Source of the DNA: a virus
Reading direction: 5' to 3' (one strand)
Virus record (IMG/VR): IMGVR_UViG_3300044695_004134
Span: 32,001 to 96,000 of that record
DNA length: 64,000 nt
The notes below the pieces were generated by a model. That model was given only the letters and a program-made list of their open reading frames with translations, was not told the origin of the DNA and searched no databases. Of this stretch, positions 11,666 through 21,466 are shown in pieces (the stretch's first letter is position 1; every line of letters begins with the position of its first letter). Position numbers and translations under genes: made by a program.

Positions 11666-12060
11666 CAGCGTGTTCTCTCAAGAATTAAATTGATTGCTGT
11701 GGGTTGAACGTTATTTCCAATAAAAAACTCTATTCCAACACTGTAAGCATTGTTATCTACCTGTTCATCGATGGCGACCTGCACCAATCTAACCCTCGGT
11801 TCATGGTTATTCAAAGTAGTTTCTATTTCATTTTTTAAATCTTGTGCAGTTAAGAAATCAATTGATTCGAATAACAACTGTTCGATTCTACTACCAATAT
11901 TTGGCTGGAAGGGTCTCTCATAGTTCTTGGTTAACAAAAGATAACGCACGGAACGTATGACAGCCATTTCATCATAACTCAAGGCGATATCATTTCTACC
12001 AGGAGTTCTAGTAAAATTGAAATCTATATCTGAATATAATTTTTTAAGTGTTTGTACCAT
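11665..12060 (-). CDS. Baseplate wedge subunit gp25
   Basis: YSDIDFNF, LLLTKNYERPFQPNIGS, HEPRVRL, ILERTR motifs. Confidence 0.93.
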   Translation of the reverse strand: MVQTLKKLYSDIDFNFTRTPGRNDIALSYDEMAVIRSVRYLLLTKNYERPFQPNIGSRIEQLLFESIDFLTAQDLKNEIETTLNNHEPRVRLVQVAIDEQVDNNAYSVGIEFFIGNNVQPTAINLILERTR

Positions 12061-12149
12061 TTTATTATTTATCGTAGGAGTAAAATGACTTTTTCAAAAC
12101 CAAGAACTTGCGCTAAAAAATTCTAGGGCCGGAACGAAATTTTCGAATT

Positions 12150-13016
12150 TTAGGAAGTATTAGTGTTCGCAGTATTAGATGAAAGTTTTTGCTTGTATTC
12201 GTCTGTACCTATGAGATTGGTAACAAGATACAGTTGTGTATTTCCAACATTTTCCAAATTATCAACCTTATTAGAGTCTTCCAGTAATATTAAGCCTTGT
12301 TGATAAAAGTTCCAATCATGGAGTCTTCGTGTGCTTAACATTCCACTAGCAGTTTGTAAGTGGGAAATTATCGAATTGGCTTGTGTAGTGGTTATGTTTG
12401 ATGCCAAATTTCCAGTACCATCCAAATAAATTGAAGAATTTAGTGTTGGATAATCAGCAGTAATAATCACGGTATTTGCGGCAATATCATCTCCCATGAA
12501 TAAACTTGTCATACTTCCCAGCAACGGAGTCGAATCTTGAATACCATCAGTGTTATTCAATAACATCAACAAGTTTTGACCCACCTGCACAGCGGTATCA
12601 TAGTCCGGGTATTCGATCACAGGAGAACCGTCTTCTGGAACGGTAGATTCAGCTTTTGTCACACCAGCGACATTTGATGTGTGTTGATTGAATAGGGGGA
12701 TTTCTGATAAAAGTGTGTTTACTGATGATTGCAGACCTGCCCCATTAGCTGTATCATATGAAACAATCGTCAGCATTAGGTTGTATAGGTTCTGTGTACT
12801 CGATTGGAGTTCATTACACACATTCAAAACTGGATTCTTGTAGTAATTTGTTGCAATGATTGTGCCATTGGCCAAGTCATCTTTTTGCCATGTCTCAAGA
12901 GATATGGGTTGTGTGTTTAGAAAGTTTTTTGTATCTTGACTCAAGTAAATTGCATCACCAAATTTACCTGTATCAAAACTAAAACTCAATCTATTAAATA
13001 CGTTTGCTCCTGCCAT
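12150..13016 (-). CDS. Hypothetical protein, probably structural
   Basis: 288-aa ORF with GGAG RBS within baseplate operon. Confidence 0.6.
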   Translation of the reverse strand: MAGANVFNRLSFSFDTGKFGDAIYLSQDTKNFLNTQPISLETWQKDDLANGTIIATNYYKNPVLNVCNELQSSTQNLYNLMLTIVSYDTANGAGLQSSVNTLLSEIPLFNQHTSNVAGVTKAESTVPEDGSPVIEYPDYDTAVQVGQNLLMLLNNTDGIQDSTPLLGSMTSLFMGDDIAANTVIITADYPTLNSSIYLDGTGNLASNITTTQANSIISHLQTASGMLSTRRLHDWNFYQQGLILLEDSNKVDNLENVGNTQLYLVTNLIGTDEYKQKLSSNTANTNTS

Positions 13017-13034
13017 TCAAATCTCCATTATTAA

Positions 13035-13811
13035 TTATAACATTTTACGCAAAGGTGTGGAAGTTGGACCCTTTGGTGCTTTATGTATATGTGAATTGTA
13101 TTGCATTCGCATAGTCATCATTGTACCCAAAGTATCTCTCACCATAGCACCCTGTGTGAGTGGTGTCCAAAGACTTACTGCTCCAAATATTGGTCCAAGA
13201 GTATCGATACCAAGATTTGAACTTAATTTCATGCCGGCTGTTACATTTTCAACCGCTGAAACTGATTGTTTCGAAATGATTGAGCCTGAAACATTTAAAT
13301 CACTCTGTATATTGACAGCTTCAGCGGCTCTTAATGTGATTACACCCGTTGCGGTACCAGCAAAAAGTGAAATATCTCCACCTGATGTGATTTCAACCTT
13401 ATCTGTCGAATTTACTTTTGTTTTACCATTCACTTGTTGATATGAATCACCTTCGACTTTACTGTATGCGTCACCTAGTACATGTACAACAGAGTCTCCG
13501 TTTATCGTAATGTTGCAGATACCCTTAATGAGAACATTATTATCATTTGCTATGATTTCATACTTATCACCTAAAATCTTAACGATTTGTTGACCGTTTG
13601 CTTGTATTTCGGTGAATGTGCCAGTTCTATGTTGAATACGCACTCTTTCATATTCTGGTGTGTCATCAAGTTCGATAAAGTGCCCAGACTCCGTACCAAT
13701 TACTTTATTCAGTGGAGGAGAAGCATTCCAATCTGATGGAGGTTCATTCCATGAATAGTCATCAGGCTTTGTGTCCAGAATTTGTTGGTCTAGTTGTGCT
13801 TGTGTTGCCAT
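13035..13811 (-). CDS. Central spike, gp5 C-terminal-like beta-helix protein with HxH tip
   Basis: TESGHFIELDDTP..ERVRIQHRTGTFTEI, VxG repeats, C-terminal YNSHIH..GPTSTP. Confidence 0.85.
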   Translation of the reverse strand: MATQAQLDQQILDTKPDDYSWNEPPSDWNASPPLNKVIGTESGHFIELDDTPEYERVRIQHRTGTFTEIQANGQQIVKILGDKYEIIANDNNVLIKGICNITINGDSVVHVLGDAYSKVEGDSYQQVNGKTKVNSTDKVEITSGGDISLFAGTATGVITLRAAEAVNIQSDLNVSGSIISKQSVSAVENVTAGMKLSSNLGIDTLGPIFGAVSLWTPLTQGAMVRDTLGTMMTMRMQYNSHIHKAPKGPTSTPLRKML

Positions 13812-13813
13812 AA

Positions 13814-14845
13814 TTAAATTCTTCCTGAATAAGAGTTCGGATTCAAAGTTGTTTCTGCCGTAGATACTAAGGTGGAGGCACTGGCGATTGTTGTTGTTGT
13901 ATTAGCTATAGTTTTTGTAACATCCGAAATTAACCCAGTTCCCTCTGTTATAAGTTCTGAGAAAGCACTGGTTGTCGTATCTATGGCGGAAGTGAACACA
14001 CCAGCCAAAGCGGCATATAAACTAGCTAAACAATCGCTAAATTGTTGGAGTAATCTGGCGGGTAGGCTTAAAAACCAAGCAATCGTTCGTTGCACCTTTG
14101 CTATAAATTCTGCTATCACTTTTAAAACATTATTAATAAAGTCTAGTAATTCGTTAATTGTTCTTAAAATTCCACGTAAAACTTTAATAGCCGCTACTAT
14201 TCCCGTTGTTAATGGTGATGCGGCTGCACCAGCCGTGAGGGCTTCAATTCCATTTCGTATTGCTTGAAATATTGTGGAATTTTTTAACGCCTCAACTGCC
14301 GCCTGGTATTTTATTACACCTGGAATATCACAAACGTGTGCCCGTGAATTATCCGACTTTTCAATTCCTGTACCCTTATATGCATTCGATGGTGCAGGAG
14401 CGGTTGACTCTCCTACACGTACCGGTTTCATTGCAGGAGTGTCAGTATATACAACAGGTTTTATAGCATCAGTTTCTTTTACGTCTGAATTTGTAAATTT
14501 TGCTTTTGCATAGAAACCTTTCCCTGCAACAGCATCAACATCTTGTTGTGGTATAGCAGGAAATACACCCAGCATTGCTGGCGCTTGTGATGATAGGCCA
14601 TCCATAAAGAAGCCAAAAACATAATCACCTTCCATTGGTGTGGAAAATGTTCTTGAATCGTTAACTGGATATAGTGGTGTTGCCCAAGGTAATTCGGCTG
14701 TTGGAATTTCTTGTAAGTTATCTGTGTGTGAACCAAAAATTCTAACCTTACAACGACCAACATTTAATGGATCAACACGGTCTTCAACGACACCAATCCA
14801 CCAAACGAAATCATCGTGACCAATTCTATTTTTAAAATCTGACAT
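13814..14845 (-). CDS. Baseplate hub gp5 N-terminal OB-fold protein
   Basis: FVWWIGVVEDRVDPLNVGRCKVRIFGSHT..LPWA..VFGFFMDG..Q.P.MLG. Confidence 0.9.
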   Translation of the reverse strand: MSDFKNRIGHDDFVWWIGVVEDRVDPLNVGRCKVRIFGSHTDNLQEIPTAELPWATPLYPVNDSRTFSTPMEGDYVFGFFMDGLSSQAPAMLGVFPAIPQQDVDAVAGKGFYAKAKFTNSDVKETDAIKPVVYTDTPAMKPVRVGESTAPAPSNAYKGTGIEKSDNSRAHVCDIPGVIKYQAAVEALKNSTIFQAIRNGIEALTAGAAASPLTTGIVAAIKVLRGILRTINELLDFINNVLKVIAEFIAKVQRTIAWFLSLPARLLQQFSDCLASLYAALAGVFTSAIDTTTSAFSELITEGTGLISDVTKTIANTTTTIASASTLVSTAETTLNPNSYSGRI

Positions 14846-16272
14846 TATACATCACCCTTTATTGCTTTCTCCATGTCACCAGAATTTGTATAAGTGTTCA
14901 CTGATGCTCCGTAACTATCTTTTACAACTTCTAGTATAGATTCATATTTACCAAGATGGTCTATAATATGTCTAACAGCCGTAATCATGTATTTTCCAGA
15001 ATTTATCGGATCAATTTCTCCAACATAATTTCCAGATCCATCAGCACTTCTTTTGGATGGTAAAATTATTTGAATTATCATTCCAACAGTTAAATTTGGA
15101 TCGCCAGAAACGGATAATCTTATTCTCGAATAATGAGAAAGTGAAAGTTGTGCTGTTCGATTTGGCACATAATTTTCCACTCTTACATCATTTGCCACAT
15201 TCCAAGGTTCATCACTGATACCTATTGACTTCTTTTGATTGGCATTTGAAGTCAATACCTTTAAAACCGCATCATAATTTTCATTTGCGGTTTTGCCTAA
15301 CCTATTTTTAAGTTGTGGTATTATTGGACTATTATTTAAATTTTTAGATTTGTTAAAATACTTTAAGTAATCAAATACTGTGTCTCTATGGGTTCTTGTC
15401 AACGGATCGATAGTAATTACTCTATTAGCAAATGCACCGGTTACAGTACCATATAAACTATCAAATGTATCTAAGAAAACGTATGATTTAATACCAACGA
15501 TATCTCTGCCGAGTTCTCCTGTGTTTTGTAATTTGCCTAAATTTCTAGGAATATATGCATATCTTGTGTATGCATTTTGTGTAAATAAATTTTGCAATGA
15601 ATAAAAATTAAAACCTTCTGAATTTTCAAAGAATAGAAAATCTGCACCGTCTTTACCGACAGGTTTTGCATAACTTGCAAGCCAATTTATAGCCTCAATT
15701 GGTTTCTTATATGGTATTACAAAATCATATAGCCCATCAGTCTCCTGCATTCTAATATATTTTTTATCAATTTTCAATTTATTAGAAAGTATGTCATAAA
15801 TCATGTCTGAGATTTTTTTTCCAGAATATGATTTACTTATTTTAGTTTGTTCCGAAAGTAAAAGTTCTTCTGAACAAAAATGTAATGTGTATGTTTCTGT
15901 TGAATTATTGTTCAAGATTCTTTCAGACACTCTGTAAATTCTAAAATATTTTTCAGTCACAAATTGTTCTGATACTTTTGTGGACTTTTTAAATTTAAGT
16001 TTTAAATAATCGAATCCCGTCATTGCAAGTCTATCAATCATACTAATCGAATCTGTAATTAAAACATTACCACTCAATACACCTTTAAAAATATCTTCAT
16101 AAAAAGATACTTCTAGGAACATGTTTTTAAGATTTGTTTTACCGGATGATGTAATCAAATATATTTCATCAAGACTGAACTGGTCGGCTAAAACTAAACC
16201 AGCAGTTTGCACAGTTTCCTGTGGCTTAGAAGCAATAATAGACGATCCACCAGCAACTTCAATTTTATTCAT
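14845..16272 (-). CDS. Baseplate hub/tail protein (gp27-like position)
   Basis: FYEDIF, FLFFEN, GDPNLTVG, SGKYMITAVRH motifs; between gp53 and gp5. Confidence 0.7.
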   Translation of the reverse strand: MNKIEVAGGSSIIASKPQETVQTAGLVLADQFSLDEIYLITSSGKTNLKNMFLEVSFYEDIFKGVLSGNVLITDSISMIDRLAMTGFDYLKLKFKKSTKVSEQFVTEKYFRIYRVSERILNNNSTETYTLHFCSEELLLSEQTKISKSYSGKKISDMIYDILSNKLKIDKKYIRMQETDGLYDFVIPYKKPIEAINWLASYAKPVGKDGADFLFFENSEGFNFYSLQNLFTQNAYTRYAYIPRNLGKLQNTGELGRDIVGIKSYVFLDTFDSLYGTVTGAFANRVITIDPLTRTHRDTVFDYLKYFNKSKNLNNSPIIPQLKNRLGKTANENYDAVLKVLTSNANQKKSIGISDEPWNVANDVRVENYVPNRTAQLSLSHYSRIRLSVSGDPNLTVGMIIQIILPSKRSADGSGNYVGEIDPINSGKYMITAVRHIIDHLGKYESILEVVKDSYGASVNTYTNSGDMEKAIKGDV

Positions 16273-16922
16273 TATTCAACTCTCATTAGAAGTTTAAGTT
16301 GTTCTTCCATTTCACTAACGTAAAATTCATTCAACAATTTTATTTGTCTTTTAGATTCATTCAAATCTTCTTCATAATCATATATTGTTACAATATTTTT
16401 TGTTGTTGATACAATACATTGTGTTCCGTTTGCAACTGGAGGGTACGGTATATCATATGTTACTGTAGATTCTGAAAGTGTATTATAATCACTTTGTGTT
16501 ATTGAAACTTCTTTTATTGTTTCTGTTCCAGTGTAAATTTCAGTTGTTGTTATGATTTTTTTATATTCATAAACTGTTGTGTTCGTATATTCGAACGGAG
16601 TTTGGCCAGCATCGGCCGCTTCGGTAGCATATTTTAAATCTAAATATTTCAAGAAAGAAGCGTATGGCATTGGCCATTCCCAAATTGGATCTAAAATTTG
16701 ATTTGAGAATAAAACTATCCAATATTTAAATGGATCGCCATAATATTTGTCTGCAACGATTTCTGGTGTATCACCCTCCTGTATTGCATATTCATAAAAT
16801 TGCATTGGATTGTTTATCAATTCCTGAACCAGTGCGGCTCTAGCCAAAAGATTGGTCATCAATATTGGATAACCATTTTGGTCCGGAGTAACTATTTTAG
16901 GTAATATGTCGAAATAATACAT
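16272..16922 (-). CDS. Baseplate wedge subunit gp53
   Basis: EGDTPEIVADKYYGDP..WIVLFSNQILDP..WP; YDYEEDLNESKRQIKLL. Confidence 0.9.
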   Translation of the reverse strand: MYYFDILPKIVTPDQNGYPILMTNLLARAALVQELINNPMQFYEYAIQEGDTPEIVADKYYGDPFKYWIVLFSNQILDPIWEWPMPYASFLKYLDLKYATEAADAGQTPFEYTNTTVYEYKKIITTTEIYTGTETIKEVSITQSDYNTLSESTVTYDIPYPPVANGTQCIVSTTKNIVTIYDYEEDLNESKRQIKLLNEFYVSEMEEQLKLLMRVE

Positions 16923-17929
16923 TAGAAACCTTCCCCAATTCTATTTTTATCGACAATGACAGTTTCTGTGAATTGTAGAGTCATTCTTATTTGCACAGGT
17001 GAGCCGTCATTAAATGTTGCCCATCCGTTTGGCCCATAATCTACTGATATATTTTCTAAAACACTACGACCTATTTTGTGTACGTATGGGTTTGCTTTTC
17101 CTTTGTATAAGAACTCTATGTCGAAAGGATAAGGAACATCAACAAATAAAGATTCCGCAAAACCGAAAGAACCTCTTTTGATTTCAGGTGCGGCCGCAAA
17201 TTTAAATGTCTTGATGATTTTATTTACTGTTTCTGTTTCTTCTTTACTGTAAGGAGTAAACAAGAAGTCAAATTGAAAAGACCTGAAATTTACTTGTTGA
17301 AATAAAACTTGTAACTGCGGATTAAATGCTTGACCCAATGCTCTTAGCGCAAGCGGCTGTAAATTTCCCTCCAGACCAAATTTTTCACCTAAACGTCTTG
17401 CGGCCTCAGCCCTTAAATATGGATCGTTAGCTACATTATTTCCAAACTTCTCAACAGAATCCCCTCTATTCTTAACTAAATCTACCAATGATGTACCCGC
17501 TTGTGCAAGAAAAAATGGTCTACCCAACGTTGAAGTAAGTTGAGTTTCAGTGCTATAATTTGTCGAATATTGTACATTCACTGTATCCGGAATGTACAAT
17601 GAAATCGTTGCATGTTGTATCCTTTGAACATCGGACGCAACCAATTCATTAATTGCATCTTTTCCCTGTTGAAAAGCTCCCGTAAAATTGCCGTTTGCGG
17701 AAGACTGTAATATACCAACGGCTTTTGATGCTGTTGCTGGCGGAGCATTTGGATCCGGCTTCATGCTTCTAAATCTAATTACGTGACTTCTTGTTGGATC
17801 TGTGCCCAAATTTCTTGGATATCTATATGTTCCAAATTCATACTTATTTCCATACAGCAACTGAAGAGGACCGTTGATGATACCTGGTACTGAAATACCT
17901 GCTATTGAGGTTGGGATAGATATTGGCAT
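16922..17929 (-). CDS. Baseplate tail-tube cap gp48
   Basis: ISLYIPD, FNPQLQVLF..FRSFQFDFLFTP..E, LENISVDYGP, LQFTET. Confidence 0.85.
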   Translation of the reverse strand: MPISIPTSIAGISVPGIINGPLQLLYGNKYEFGTYRYPRNLGTDPTRSHVIRFRSMKPDPNAPPATASKAVGILQSSANGNFTGAFQQGKDAINELVASDVQRIQHATISLYIPDTVNVQYSTNYSTETQLTSTLGRPFFLAQAGTSLVDLVKNRGDSVEKFGNNVANDPYLRAEAARRLGEKFGLEGNLQPLALRALGQAFNPQLQVLFQQVNFRSFQFDFLFTPYSKEETETVNKIIKTFKFAAAPEIKRGSFGFAESLFVDVPYPFDIEFLYKGKANPYVHKIGRSVLENISVDYGPNGWATFNDGSPVQIRMTLQFTETVIVDKNRIGEGF

Positions 17930-17962
17930 GGTTTTTTTGTTATTTTAGAAAGGTAATATACA

Positions 17963-17970
17963 TATTTATA
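17963..17970 (-). promoter_or_regulatory. T4-type late promoter TATAAATA for gp48 operon
   Basis: Exact TATAAATA on minus strand 33 bp upstream of gp48. Confidence 0.7.
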
Positions 17971-18407
17971 TGGCATACAGTGGAAGATTTACACCTCGGA
18001 ACCCACAAAAGTATCGTGGAGACCCAAAAAATATCATTTATCGTTCGACATGGGAGTGCCGAGTGATGAACTGGCTCGACTCGAATGATACCATTATCGA
18101 ATGGGGTTCTGAGGAGTTCTCTATACCATATAAATCTCCGGTAGATAACCGTGTTCACCGTTATTTTCCTGATTTTTACGTGAAAGTTAAGCAAAAAGAT
18201 GATACAATCCGAGTGATGATTATCGAAGTAAAACCAGCAAAACAGACTAAACCGCCTGAGAAAAAGAAGAAAGTCACGAAACAATACATCCAAGAAGTGG
18301 TCACTTGGGGTATCAATGAAGCAAAATGGAAAGCCGCAACCGAGTTCTGTCTGGACCGTGGATGGGCTTTCAAAGTATTAACAGAGTATGATTTAGGATT
18401 AAAATGA
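17970..18407 (+). CDS. Head completion nuclease gp4
   Basis: YSGRFTPRNPQKYRGD, YRSTWE, WGSEE, HRYFPDFY, IEVKP, NEAKWKAA. Confidence 0.93.
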   Translation: MAYSGRFTPRNPQKYRGDPKNIIYRSTWECRVMNWLDSNDTIIEWGSEEFSIPYKSPVDNRVHRYFPDFYVKVKQKDDTIRVMIIEVKPAKQTKPPEKKKKVTKQYIQEVVTWGINEAKWKAATEFCLDRGWAFKVLTEYDLGLK

Positions 18408-20167
18408 TTAGATTACATGTGTTGTCGGTTCCACATACGGCATCGACAAAAGAGTATACGGTTTGTGCGTTTACTCAAAAAGTGATTAACTTTTGTAAAA
18501 TGTACAAAGACATGGGAATGCATGTCATTCATTATGGACGTGATGATTCCGATGTTATCTGTGATGAACATGTCACCGTCACAACACGTGCATTGAATGA
18601 GAAGGTTTACGGTATATATGACTGGAAGAATCAAGGCCTGAAATACAATCAAGAAGATGAAGTTTTCAAAACGTTTAATGACAATTGTATCGTAGAGATT
18701 GAGAAACGCAAACAGCCGCACGATATTATTCTATGTTTCTTTGGGCTGGCGCAGAAACCAGTTTGTGATGCACACTCAGATTTGATTTGTGTTGAACCTT
18801 CTATCGGTTATCCGTCCTCATTCGCACCATACAAAGTATACGAATCATATGCGGTGATGCATGGTCTCCAAGGTCCGGACAAAGTTGCAACCGCTGAATA
18901 TAAGTTCTATGATGTTGCAATTCCATCAGGCTTCGACTTGACTGAGTTTGAATTTACAGAAAAGAAAGAAGATTATTTCTTGATGTGTGGTCGCATGGTC
19001 TGGTCAAAAGGTGTTGACATTGCGGCTCAAGTGTGTGAACAACTTGGTGTAAAGTTGGTCTTGGCTGGCACCAGTTTTGGTCCGAATGACTGTAATCTTG
19101 GTGATACATGGCCTGCTCACGTTGAATATGTTGGTTATGCAGACGTAGAGAAACGTAAGAAACTTATGGCTGGCGCTAAAGGTCTATTCTGCCCAACAAT
19201 CTACAATGAGCCGTTTGGTTACGTAGCAATCGAGGCTATGCTTTCTGGAACACCTGTCATCACAGTCGATTGGGGTGCATTCACAGAAACAGTGCAACAC
19301 GGAGTTACAGGCTTCCGTTGCCGCACGTTTGAACAGTTTGTTTGGGCGGCAAAGAACATTGATACTATCTCACCACAAGCATGTCGTGAATGGGCTGAGA
19401 AGAACTATAATTTTAAAAAGATTGGTTCAATGTACAAAGAGTATTTCGAATCAATTATTAATTTGTCTAAGGGTAGTGGTTGGTATACAAAAAATGATGA
19501 ACGGAGAGAGTTGGAGTGGCTCACCAAGACGCAACCAACACAACCCAAGACGTTCAAAGAGATTCTAAATCAATACAATAGAATCAAAGATTGCAAAGTG
19601 CGTTTTCTACAGATTGGTGCCATGGACGGTGTGAAGCATGATGATTTGTATCCGTATGTAATGAGTTACGATTGGACTGGCGTTTTAGTTGAACCTCTAC
19701 CAGACATGTTTGAAAAGTTGGTTGAAAATTACACACTCAAAGATGGCTTAAAGTTTGAAAACTCCGCTATTGCTAACTCCGAAATCGTCACAATTCATAG
19801 AGTCCCGTCAGAATTGATTGGAACCGAAGATGTTCCTGATTGGGCTGAAGGCTGTTCAACGATGGTACCAAAGACACATATCCAAGATATTGTTTCCCAC
19901 ATGGTCGAACAGGAAGTCAGAGGTATCACCATCTCAAAACTGTATGAAAAATATGGCAGCCATTTTGACTTTATTCAGGTTGATACAGAAGGATATGACT
20001 ATGAGATATTCTTTCAGTTACTTGAGAATGGATTTACAGCAGAATTGCTAAAGATTGAGATTGCACACATCACTTATACAAAAGCAGTGTGGATGCGTTG
20101 GAAACTAGAACAGTCTGGTTATAAAACTTTCATTGACGGATATGACTTAATAGCCTACCAGTTCTAG
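18404..20167 (+). CDS. GT4-like glycosyltransferase fused to FkbM-family methyltransferase
   Basis: GRMVWSKG, EPFGYVAIEAMLSGTPVITVDWGAFTETV (GT-B); QIGAMDG, VEP, IQVDTEGYD (FkbM). Confidence 0.85.
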   Translation: MIRLHVLSVPHTASTKEYTVCAFTQKVINFCKMYKDMGMHVIHYGRDDSDVICDEHVTVTTRALNEKVYGIYDWKNQGLKYNQEDEVFKTFNDNCIVEIEKRKQPHDIILCFFGLAQKPVCDAHSDLICVEPSIGYPSSFAPYKVYESYAVMHGLQGPDKVATAEYKFYDVAIPSGFDLTEFEFTEKKEDYFLMCGRMVWSKGVDIAAQVCEQLGVKLVLAGTSFGPNDCNLGDTWPAHVEYVGYADVEKRKKLMAGAKGLFCPTIYNEPFGYVAIEAMLSGTPVITVDWGAFTETVQHGVTGFRCRTFEQFVWAAKNIDTISPQACREWAEKNYNFKKIGSMYKEYFESIINLSKGSGWYTKNDERRELEWLTKTQPTQPKTFKEILNQYNRIKDCKVRFLQIGAMDGVKHDDLYPYVMSYDWTGVLVEPLPDMFEKLVENYTLKDGLKFENSAIANSEIVTIHRVPSELIGTEDVPDWAEGCSTMVPKTHIQDIVSHMVEQEVRGITISKLYEKYGSHFDFIQVDTEGYDYEIFFQLLENGFTAELLKIEIAHITYTKAVWMRWKLEQSGYKTFIDGYDLIAYQF

Positions 20168-20175
20168 TATAAATA
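20168..20175 (+). promoter_or_regulatory. T4-type late promoter TATAAATA
   Basis: Exact match 4 bp before the gp2 ATG. Confidence 0.7.
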
Positions 20176-20179
20176 CTGG

Positions 20180-20782
20180 ATGGCTTCAACACTTACACAA
20201 CTTACACAACAAAGAACGGCTCTGGAACAAGAATTCTTGTCCAGAAAGTCTGTCACATGGTTACAAAACCAGATGAGGGACCTTAAATCTCCAATCAAAT
20301 TGGCAAAAGAAATAGCCAAAGAAAAGTCTAGACAGACTGGTCAATTTCAGATGGGTGGTCTTTACCACTTCTTCTACGACCCAATAACAAAGGGTGATTT
20401 ACCGTATTATGACATATTTCCTTTGGTGATACCACTTAAACGTGATGCTGAAGGATTCATAGGTCTGAACATGCATTATTTACCTCCAAGGTATCGTGCT
20501 GTGTTCATGGACAAACTCATGAATTTTGCTATTACAAATGAAAATGATGAACCTAAACGCCTTCGTATAACCTATGATATTCTAACTGCATCGAAGAATT
20601 TCAAAGAGTTTAGGCCGTGTTTGAAGCGTTATCTGAATAGTCAGATTAAATCTAAAATTCTGACGATTCAACCACCAGAGTGGGAGACTGCACTCTTTCT
20701 TCCCACTGCCGTTTTCAAAGGCGCACCGATTTCTAAAGTATATGCTGAATCGGTTGCCAAAGCACAAAGTAGGGTATACTAA
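20180..20782 (+). CDS. DNA end protector protein gp2
   Basis: FFYDP..K..LPYYDIFPLV, GFIGLNMHYLPP, PCLKRYL. Confidence 0.92.
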   Translation: MASTLTQLTQQRTALEQEFLSRKSVTWLQNQMRDLKSPIKLAKEIAKEKSRQTGQFQMGGLYHFFYDPITKGDLPYYDIFPLVIPLKRDAEGFIGLNMHYLPPRYRAVFMDKLMNFAITNENDEPKRLRITYDILTASKNFKEFRPCLKRYLNSQIKSKILTIQPPEWETALFLPTAVFKGAPISKVYAESVAKAQSRVY

Positions 20783-21450
20783 TGGCAGGCTCAATAGCAG
20801 ATTTTAAAGCAAGTTTTAATACAGACTTAGCAAGACCAAGTAGGTTTGACGTAAACATTCCAATCCCAATTGGTCTTCTACCATACAGAGAAATCGGAAG
20901 AACACTGAGTATGCGTTGTGAAAATGCAGAACTCCCTGGACGTTCAATCTCCACAACATCAATGAAAATTTACGGTGTTGAGGAGAAGTTTCCATATCAA
21001 ACAACATACAGTGATATCAGCTTGACCTTTATTGTTGGTGATGATATGGCGGAAAAGAAATTCTTTGATGCATGGTTAAACTGGATCAATCCAACAATCA
21101 ACTACAACCTAAAATACAAAGCAGACTATGCAGTTCCACTCACAGTGAATCAATATGATGTAAAGAATGAACTGTCATATTCTATTACAATGCTCGATAC
21201 ATTTCCAATTGCAGTGAATCAACTTGACTTAGATTGGTCGTCAGATGGACACCACAAACTTACTGTAACATTTGCATACACAAGCTGGAGAAATAATTCT
21301 CTTGAAGCACTTGGAATGGAATTGTTGGAAACTACTATTGCGAATTCATTATTTCCTTCGCAGATACAAACCGAGTCTTTACTAGGTAGAGACTTAGTTC
21401 AACAGCCGTTTGAAACACGACAACAATTTGAAGATAGACTTACACCTTAA
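20782..21450 (+). CDS. Tail tube initiator / tube-like protein (gp54/gp19 family)
   Basis: LARPSRFDV, CENAELPGRSI, FFDAW, FPIAVNQLDLDW, LTVTFAY. Confidence 0.85.
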   Translation: MAGSIADFKASFNTDLARPSRFDVNIPIPIGLLPYREIGRTLSMRCENAELPGRSISTTSMKIYGVEEKFPYQTTYSDISLTFIVGDDMAEKKFFDAWLNWINPTINYNLKYKADYAVPLTVNQYDVKNELSYSITMLDTFPIAVNQLDLDWSSDGHHKLTVTFAYTSWRNNSLEALGMELLETTIANSLFPSQIQTESLLGRDLVQQPFETRQQFEDRLTP

Positions 21451-21466
21451 AATGGAGATATAAATT

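Noticed and set aside
17970-18407. TnsA-like transposase
   Set aside because: Same fold as T4 gp4; context beside gp2 and gp48 and no transposon ends or partner genes
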